Origin: Myxococcota bacterium | GTDB taxonomy: Bacteria; Myxococcota_A; Bradymonadia; UBA7976; UBA1532 | Length of the DNA stretch: 29,093 bases | Assembly (NCBI GenBank): GCA_036337435.1 | Contig: JAYZEG010000060.1 | Coordinates: 1-29,093 of the forward strand | Direction of reading: 5' to 3' | Shown: positions 1 through 5,971 of the stretch, piece after piece | How the letters are laid out: each line of letters opens with the position of its first letter | Numbering within the stretch: the first letter of the stretch is position 1 | Translations under genes and position numbers: made by a program | The notes under the pieces: model-generated | What the model saw: the letters and a program-made list of their open reading frames with translations, nothing else | The model's database searches: none | Told to the model about the DNA's origin: nothing

Positions 1-35
1 ACGATGACTCGGTCATACAAGGGCCTGACGTTCAT
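1..35 (-). CDS. groES: Co-chaperonin GroES, 5' fragment running off the left edge
   Basis: The minus strand from ATG at 35 reads MNVRPLYDRVI, matching the GroES N-terminus (MxIRPLxDRV). A GGAG Shine-Dalgarno lies at 45-42. Not in the ORF track. Confidence 0.9.
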   Translation of the reverse strand, partial: MNVRPLYDRVI

Positions 36-101
36 TGAATACTCCACAATGTCGTAGGTTTTAAACGATTGATTCGGGACTGTTGTCCCTTAGCGGCGGT
101 G

Positions 102-163
102 ACTGTAAACACTGCATGTTTGGTGTCAATGCTCGACGGTATTTTTTTTTCGTTTTTTCAAAA
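102..163 (-). promoter_or_regulatory. Sigma70-type promoter for groES with an A-tract UP-like element
   Basis: The minus strand has a perfect -35 TTGACA (129-124), a 16-nt spacer and -10 TACAGT (107-102). A-tracts lie upstream at 142-158. Confidence 0.6.
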
Positions 164-297
164 TTAGGATCCGCTTTTTTGAGATGAAACGTATCCAGTC
201 TTGTTGAAAATTGTACCCCCACTGATGTGTTTGGCCAGTGGGCCTGCCGACACATAATTTTACCAAGCCTCGAGTGTGCACAGTGTATAGTCAAGCG

Positions 298-496
298 AAT
301 CAGCGATAATTGCAGGCGTCGCCCCACCTAGTCATGGCAGCGTTGCTTATCCAGCACCACTCTGTCGGGGTGTGGCTGCAAGCTTTTTCGAGCAGGCCAT
401 AAACAAGTTCCGTTCGCGGGGGGGTCGGTTGGCATCAGCGGTGCCAACCCTCTCAGACCAAGGCAGGGCAGGGTCTTGGTGAGCGATAAGCTGATT
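298..496 (+). ncRNA. Candidate structured RNA (sRNA or riboswitch-like leader), family unassigned
   Basis: Closing stem AATCAGC (298-304)/GCTGATT (490-496). Hairpins at 427-449 and 457-480, each with a G-U pair on the + strand. Long imperfect hairpin at ~320-427. TATAGT at 286-291 lies just upstream. Confidence 0.45.
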
Positions 497-643
497 ATGC
501 CTTGCATCTTAAAATTTACGAACATATCGTAGCACCGTTGAAACTCGTTGTGCGTTCACGGTGGCACAATTATATGTTGGCTGAACGCACTTATTCCATC
601 GACGTAAGTACTCGATGACACGACACAGAGACGGAGGCTCTTG

Positions 644-1204
644 ATGAGAAGATTTTTATTAATGGCAGGGCTCATTTGTTTTGCCGGCGGAACGGTCGCA
701 ACGACAACAGGGTGCAGCAAAGAACAGCGCGCTAAGGTCAAAGAGAAGGCTAAGACAGCCGCAGAAAAAGCCAAGGCGGGTGCCAAGAAAATGGCAGCAA
801 AGGCTAAAGCCGGCGCTAAGAAAATGGCGGCTGGTGCCAAGAAGGTCGGTGCAAAGGCTGCCGCAGGTGCAAAAAAGATTGGTGCAAAGGCCGCCGCTGG
901 CGCCAAGAAGATCGGCGCAAAGGCTGCAGCGGTTGCCGTCGCAGGCGCTGCTGCTACCAAGGCAGCCATGACCAAGAAGAAGTGGCTTTGTATCTGTCAA
1001 CTCAAGGCAGATGCTGATGGCTCCCAGGTCGGACAGTGGGAAGGCCAAGTTCTTGGATTAACACGACAGGGCGTAGAAAAGGGGACTGCTGCGAATGGTG
1101 CATGTGAGTCTGCAACGGCATCACACGGTGTCAATTGTAAGAGTTGTTCATGCCGACCTGACGACGGCAGCAAGCCTAAGGGCATTACGAAAAAGGCGGG
1201 CTAA
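644..1204 (+). CDS. Putative lipoprotein with Lys/Ala-rich repeats and a C-terminal six-cysteine domain
   Basis: GGAGG SD before ATG 644. Signal peptide MRRFLLMAGLICFAGG..TTTG-C with a lipobox-like Cys. Five AGAKK repeats. C-terminal CIC...C...CKSCSC. Followed by a terminator. Confidence 0.8.
   Translation: MRRFLLMAGLICFAGGTVATTTGCSKEQRAKVKEKAKTAAEKAKAGAKKMAAKAKAGAKKMAAGAKKVGAKAAAGAKKIGAKAAAGAKKIGAKAAAVAVAGAAATKAAMTKKKWLCICQLKADADGSQVGQWEGQVLGLTRQGVEKGTAANGACESATASHGVNCKSCSCRPDDGSKPKGITKKAG
776..928 (+). repeat. Coding tandem repeat, five AGAKK-cored units, mostly 11 aa (33 nt)
   Basis: AGAKKMAAKAK / AGAKKMA / AGAKKVGAKAA / AGAKKIGAKAA / AGAKKIGAKAA. Synonymous codons differ between units. 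Confidence 0.85.
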
Positions 1205-1232
1205 GCACGCGCCGTTCAATTCGTAAGCACGT

Positions 1233-1261
1233 AAAAACCCGGCCATTGGCCGGGTTTTTTT
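1233..1261. terminator. Bidirectional rho-independent terminator between the convergent lipoprotein gene and lexA
   Basis: AAAAA-CCCGGCC-ATT-GGCCGGG-TTTTTTT. Confidence 0.9.
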
Positions 1262-1312
1262 ATGTCAAGTACGGCCGATTACTGGAGCGCATCGACGTGT
1301 CTTGAGTTGAGG

Positions 1313-1930
1313 TCACATCTTGCGGAATACCCCAACAACCTTTCCGATGACCATCGTCTCACGAAAATCACTGGCGTTTACGTAAATAGGCTCCATGGAC
1401 GCGTTTGCCGGTTGAAGTCGAATTCGCCCAGGCTCTCGATAAATGCGTTTGCATGTCGCCTCATTTTCCACAAGAACGATAACGATTTCCCCCTCTTTCG
1501 CACTCGAGGTTTTTTTCACAAAAACATAGTCGCCATCATAAATGCCGTCTTCGATCATACTTTCGCCCACGATGCGCAGCGCGAAAACCTCTCGGTGGCC
1601 CCCCAATAAGACCCGATCGACTTTGACACTGTCCTCAGCATGCTCAACTGCAAGAATGGGCTCGCCCGCGGCGACCCGACCGAGAACGGGCACATTGACC
1701 CAATCACCCGTTGTCTCATAGCCAGTGGGCCGTATCGCTCGACTTTTTAGGTCATCTCGTGTCAGAAATCCTTTTCGCTCCAGTGCCTTCAGATGGTCGT
1801 TGACACCATTGGTTGATTTGATGCCCATCTGAGTCCCTATTTCGCGTATAGTTGGCGGGTAGCCACGTTCGTCTAGGGATGCGGTGATGAACTCGAGAAT
1901 CTCTTGTTGACGGTTTGTCAAACCCTTCAT
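1313..1930 (-). CDS. lexA: SOS transcriptional repressor LexA
   Basis: wHTH region ([28 protein letters not shown]), Ala-Gly cleavage site (VAAGEP), catalytic Ser (GESM) and Lys (TCKR). AAGGAG SD at 1946-1941. Confidence 0.97.
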   Translation of the reverse strand: MKGLTNRQQEILEFITASLDERGYPPTIREIGTQMGIKSTNGVNDHLKALERKGFLTRDDLKSRAIRPTGYETTGDWVNVPVLGRVAAGEPILAVEHAEDSVKVDRVLLGGHREVFALRIVGESMIEDGIYDGDYVFVKKTSSAKEGEIVIVLVENEATCKRIYREPGRIRLQPANASMEPIYVNASDFRETMVIGKVVGVFRKM

Positions 1931-1957
1931 GAGCGGTGGCCTCCTTTGGCGAAAATA

Positions 1958-2013
1958 CTGAACGGAGTTTCATGTGGGTTTGAATACTACTGAACATGTG
2001 AACAGACAGTCAA
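1958..2013 (-). promoter_or_regulatory. lexA promoter with two putative LexA (SOS) boxes
   Basis: Minus strand -35 TTGACT (2013-2008), 18-nt spacer, -10 TAGTAT (1989-1984). Boxes CTGTTCACATGTTCAG (2005-1990, in the spacer) and ATGAAACTCCGTTCAG (1973-1958) each match 14/16 of the Myxococcus xanthus-type consensus CTRHAMRYBYGTTCAG. Confidence 0.7.
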
Positions 2014-2047
2014 ACAAAAGATCACAATTCATTAGAAAAAGAAGTGA

Positions 2048-3307
2048 GTGCCTGTTTTGTCTTCTCTGCCAATCATATTAGCCTCTGCATCACCACGTCG
2101 GTTGGCCCTACTCGAAGGGGCGGGTTTGCGTCCGCGAGTAGAGCCCGCACATATCGATGAAACGCCTCTACGCGCTGAACAGCCAAGGGTATTTGCTGAG
2201 CGCATGGCCATTGAAAAGGCCGACGCAATTGCACGCACTGTGTCTCGTGCGTGCGTCATTGCTGGCGACACCGTTGTCGCTCTTGGAGACGAAATTCTTG
2301 GAAAACCTCGTGATGTCGAAGATGCAGCCCATATGCTGCGCCGTTTGAGCGGCCAAGCCCACCAGGTTTTTAGCGGCTGGGCGGTTTGCGATGGGGCGGG
2401 GCGTCGAGTGAGCGGCGTCGCCGTATCAGACGTGACTTTCACTGATTTATCGGAAGGTGACATCGCCAGTTATGTCGCATCTGGCGAGCCGATGGATAAG
2501 GCTGGTGCTTATGGAATTCAAGGCGAGGGGGGTCGTCTTGTACAACGTTACACGGGTGACTACTCCAACATTGTTGGTCTGCCCCTCGCAGACGTATTGG
2601 GTGCTTTGGCCCATTTAGACCAATTTTCTCGCTCTCCGCTCGCACAGAAACTGGCCATGATTCGGGGTCGAGTTGCTGTCGCAGCACACGAGTCTGGGCG
2701 AAGTCCGGAAAGCGTAGAAGTCATCGCAGCCAGTAAAGGTCAAAGTCTTGATCGCATGCGGGCTCTAAGGTCTGCTGGTGTGACGAGTTTTGGAGAAAGT
2801 TATGTTTCCGAGTTATTGGTCAAACGGCCCATATTTGATTCGGACACCCGGGTGCACTTCATCGGGCATCTTCAGAGAAATAAAGTCCGTAAACTCATTC
2901 CCGGCGTGGTTTCGGTACAAACCGTTGACTCCGTAAGACTCGGTGAGGAAATCGGTAAGCGCGCCCGTATGGCCCAGCTTGAGCTGCCGATTCTAGTACA
3001 GGTCAATTTGGGAGGGGAGGAGACAAAGTCCGGTTGCGCCATCGATGACCTTGAATCCCTGCTCAATGCGCTGCGCTCAATCGATGGGCTGTGTCCTGTT
3101 GGCCTCATGGCCATTCCACCTCGGGCGGGCTTAGCCTCGACAAGGTCTTGGTTCCGAACATTGAAAGATTTACGAGATAGCGTCGCCACTGATGAGAGTC
3201 CTATCAAGCATTTATCAATGGGCATGTCAGCTGATTTTGACGCCGCCATTATCGAGGGGGCGACCATGATTAGGCTGGGTACATTGCTGTGTGGACCGCG
3301 CTCATGA
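2048..3307 (+). CDS. Fusion of a Maf (YhdE-type) NTP pyrophosphatase and the PLP-homeostasis protein YggS
   Basis: N-half: ILASASPRR, AGDTVV, ILGKP, DKAGAYGIQG. C-half: IAASK (PLP Lys), FGESY, HFIGHLQRNK, LSMGMSADF..AI.EGAT.IRLG. One uninterrupted frame from a GTG start. Confidence 0.9.
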   Translation: MPVLSSLPIILASASPRRLALLEGAGLRPRVEPAHIDETPLRAEQPRVFAERMAIEKADAIARTVSRACVIAGDTVVALGDEILGKPRDVEDAAHMLRRLSGQAHQVFSGWAVCDGAGRRVSGVAVSDVTFTDLSEGDIASYVASGEPMDKAGAYGIQGEGGRLVQRYTGDYSNIVGLPLADVLGALAHLDQFSRSPLAQKLAMIRGRVAVAAHESGRSPESVEVIAASKGQSLDRMRALRSAGVTSFGESYVSELLVKRPIFDSDTRVHFIGHLQRNKVRKLIPGVVSVQTVDSVRLGEEIGKRARMAQLELPILVQVNLGGEETKSGCAIDDLESLLNALRSIDGLCPVGLMAIPPRAGLASTRSWFRTLKDLRDSVATDESPIKHLSMGMSADFDAAIIEGATMIRLGTLLCGPRS

Positions 3308-3362
3308 TGGTGCATTCATTGCACGGTTGTCGCAAGGGCTCACATGTGGTCATATGTAGTTT

Positions 3363-4559
3363 ATGAAGCACACAATCCAAACAGGTCTTGACCGACTTAT
3401 CGAAACAGAATGCGCTGAACTCAGGGGCCGTCGTGTTGCGGTGTTATGTCACGCTGCGAGCGTTGGGTCCGATTATCGGCATATCACCCAAGTTCTTCGA
3501 GATTATTGCGTCAATGTCGTTCGTTGCTTTGGACCCGAGCACGGCATTTGGGCCGATGCGCAAGATATGATCGCTGTGACCGAGAGTCCCCGTGAGCGCA
3601 TCACAGGCGCACCCGTTCGCAGTCTATACGGCACCGATGAGGCCAGCTTGGCCCCGGCTGCCAGTGATTTTGATGGTGTCGATGTTTTGTTGATCGATCT
3701 GCAAGATGTCGGCGCGCGCTATTACACCTATATTTACACGGCAGCGCTGAGTATTGCCGTCGCCGGCCAATGTGGGGTTGAGAGCATTGTCCTCGATCGA
3801 CCTAATCCGATTTCCGGTCACCAAATTGAAGGGCGTATGACTGGGGACGATTTCTTGAGCTTTGTTGGGATGTGGCCCCTGCCTACTCGTCACGGACTTA
3901 CTATTGGCGAAGTCTCAAAACTGCTCAACGCACGCGAGAACTTTCAGGCTCATGTCTCCGTCGTTGAAATGCGCGGTTGGCGCCGGTCAATGTACTTCGA
4001 TGAAACGGCTCTTCCGTGGGTTCAACCTTCGCCGAACATGCCAACCCTGGACACGGCAATCGTCTACCCCGGGATGTGTCTCCTCGAAGGCACGACCATG
4101 AGTGAGGGGCGCGGAACGACAAGGCCATTCGAGCTGGTTGGTGCCCCCTACATTGATCCCTTTGAACTCGCTCAGGAATTAAATGAGCTGTCATTGCCTG
4201 GAATCGCTTTTAGGCCTGTTTATTATCAGCCTACTTTTCACAAGCATGCCAGCGAGTCCATCGGGGGGATTGCGACACACGTTTTTGACCGCGCCCAATT
4301 CCAACCACTGCGGATGGGTCTTCATTTTCTTGCCGCTGTCCGTAGGCTCTACGGACACCACCTCGAGTGGAGAACTGAAGCCTATGAATTTGTGACCGAT
4401 AGACTGGCAATTGATTTACTTTTCGGCTGTGTGGAGGCGCGTCAAGAAATTGATGGCCTTGCATCGATCGCGCAATTGGACCAATTGTGGCGAAGTTGGC
4501 AGGACGAGAGCCATGCGTTTGCCGAGGCTCGAAAGCCGTTCTTGATTTATCCAGAATGA
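3363..4559 (+). CDS. namZ: Exo-beta-N-acetylmuramidase NamZ family protein (DUF1343)
   Basis: Motifs FGPEHG, DLQDVGARYYTY, VLDRPNP, RHGLTIGE, PSPNMP, SEGRGTTRPFE. Confidence 0.9.
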   Translation: MKHTIQTGLDRLIETECAELRGRRVAVLCHAASVGSDYRHITQVLRDYCVNVVRCFGPEHGIWADAQDMIAVTESPRERITGAPVRSLYGTDEASLAPAASDFDGVDVLLIDLQDVGARYYTYIYTAALSIAVAGQCGVESIVLDRPNPISGHQIEGRMTGDDFLSFVGMWPLPTRHGLTIGEVSKLLNARENFQAHVSVVEMRGWRRSMYFDETALPWVQPSPNMPTLDTAIVYPGMCLLEGTTMSEGRGTTRPFELVGAPYIDPFELAQELNELSLPGIAFRPVYYQPTFHKHASESIGGIATHVFDRAQFQPLRMGLHFLAAVRRLYGHHLEWRTEAYEFVTDRLAIDLLFGCVEARQEIDGLASIAQLDQLWRSWQDESHAFAEARKPFLIYPE

Positions 4560-5971
4560 CCCGTCGAATTGCCGTTTACGGTGGTGCATTTGATCCGCCC
4601 CATCTCGCACACTTATTTACCATAACCTATCTTCTTAGCCGAGCCGACGTGGACCTGGTTTGGCTCGTTCCCACAGGCCAGCATGTTTTTGGAAAAAAAA
4701 TGGCTCCCCTGCCGGTGCGCACCGAACTTTTGCATGCGGTCATCGATGCCCAGGGATGGTCTGAGCGCGTCCAGGTCTTGGATATCGAATCTGAGACTGA
4801 TGGGCCATCACGAACCTTCGATACCCTGTCGATGCTTCAAAATCGCTACAGTGAGGACCGTTTTCATTTGGTGGTCGGTGCTGACAATCTCACGGAACGG
4901 TCTCGATGGTATCGTTTTGATGATATCGTACAGACATGGACGTTGATCGTTCTGGGACGGCCGGGCCATGAGCAAGCACTGAATGAGTGCCGCTTTGAGG
5001 ACTGGTGTTCTGTGGGCCCGACATTGCCGTCGATCTCCTCAACCGAGGTTCGAAAAGGTTTATCTCGTTCTAGTCCGGCAGACATTCTCAAATGGATTCC
5101 CGACTCCATTACGACACAAGTCTCGTCCTTGTACAGCGCAAAACTTGAGCCCGCTCTCGACGTTGCAATTTACGGACAGGGGGCTCTCGGGCGCAGCCTG
5201 AAAGCGGCATTAGTCAATGCCGGTTGTCAAGTGTCCACTTGGAATCGGACTGACCGAAATCACAGCGACTTTACAGGTTTCCCCATTAAGGCTATGCCGG
5301 GTTCAGTTTGGGTGATTTGTGTCCGGGACGATGCCATACAGGCCGTATGCGAACAACTGGTCGCCGCCGTCCCCTCGGATGACAAGCCCATTGTACTTCA
5401 CTGCGCTGGCCGTCTTGGATCCGCGGTGCTCAAACCGTTTGACGAGCTGGGTTGTGTGACAGGCGTATTTCATCCCTTGCAAGCGGTCAGGGGCCGGGCT
5501 GGTGATTTAGAAGGCAGTTGGTGTGTTGGGCACGGGGACACCATGGCTGTTGAAACGGGACGCCAGCTCGCAAGCCTGGTTGGCGCACATTTTGTTGAAC
5601 GTTCGACGGGAGAACCCGCGGCCTATCATGCAGCCGCTGTGATCGCCGCAAACTTTGCGACGACATTGCTGCATACCGGAATTGAAATTTTTGAGTCGTT
5701 TGGAATTTCTCAATCCGATAGCCAGGCGATGTTGCACCAGCTGGTGGTCGGCACAGTGGACAATATGCGTCAGGAAAGACCGCGTGACGCCCTTACGGGC
5801 CCTTTCGCACGCAAAGATTTCGAAACGATTCAGGCACATGTCAGCGTGTTGGCGTCTGACTATCCAGATGCGGTCCCGGTCTACCAAGCACTCGCCCTTA
5901 AAACAGCGTCAATGCGCGGATGGTCGTCCGACGAGATCGCCTGCTTGCTGGGGATTCTAGCACGAACCTAA
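4556..5971 (+). CDS. Fusion of nicotinate-nucleotide adenylyltransferase (NadD) and a Rossmann-like/DUF2520 (PanG-like) domain
   Basis: Start ATG 4556 overlaps the namZ stop (ATGA). NadD motifs GGAFDPPHLAH, VVGADNL..W, ISST. From ~5156: GQGALG, ICVRDDAI, VLHCAG, FHPLQ, YHAAAV.A.N, ALTGPFARKD. Confidence 0.88.
   Translation: MTRRIAVYGGAFDPPHLAHLFTITYLLSRADVDLVWLVPTGQHVFGKKMAPLPVRTELLHAVIDAQGWSERVQVLDIESETDGPSRTFDTLSMLQNRYSEDRFHLVVGADNLTERSRWYRFDDIVQTWTLIVLGRPGHEQALNECRFEDWCSVGPTLPSISSTEVRKGLSRSSPADILKWIPDSITTQVSSLYSAKLEPALDVAIYGQGALGRSLKAALVNAGCQVSTWNRTDRNHSDFTGFPIKAMPGSVWVICVRDDAIQAVCEQLVAAVPSDDKPIVLHCAGRLGSAVLKPFDELGCVTGVFHPLQAVRGRAGDLEGSWCVGHGDTMAVETGRQLASLVGAHFVERSTGEPAAYHAAAVIAANFATTLLHTGIEIFESFGISQSDSQAMLHQLVVGTVDNMRQERPRDALTGPFARKDFETIQAHVSVLASDYPDAVPVYQALALKTASMRGWSSDEIACLLGILART

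Noticed and set aside
400..480. TPP riboswitch on the minus strand (CTGAGAGG...GACCC)
   Set aside because: The upstream GGG and the downstream ACCTGAT...TAATGC...GCG core are absent, and G-U pairs favour the other strand.
292..504. Retron msr-msd or 6S RNA
   Set aside because: There is no reverse transcriptase in the window and the hairpin order on the favoured strand is reversed for a retron. The multi-branched fold does not fit the 6S rod, though only a covariance search can exclude it.
61..525. ORFs 61..327 (-) and 328..525 (-)
   Set aside because: No recognisable motifs. They overlap the groES promoter and the structured-RNA candidate.
562..577. Sigma54 promoter at TGGCAC
   Set aside because: No TTGC at the -12 position.
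776..928. CRISPR-like array from the 33-nt periodicity
   Set aside because: Degenerate coding tandem repeats with no unique spacers and no cas genes.
556..1048. Antisense and alternate-frame ORFs over the lipoprotein gene
   Set aside because: They are shadows of the low-complexity repeat. Only the 644..1204 frame has an SD, signal peptide and terminator.
4487..4555. Upstream extensions of the nadD fusion (and likewise the ORFs starting at 11678, 22001 and 27136)
   Set aside because: Downstream starts give ATGA coupling or family-typical N-termini.
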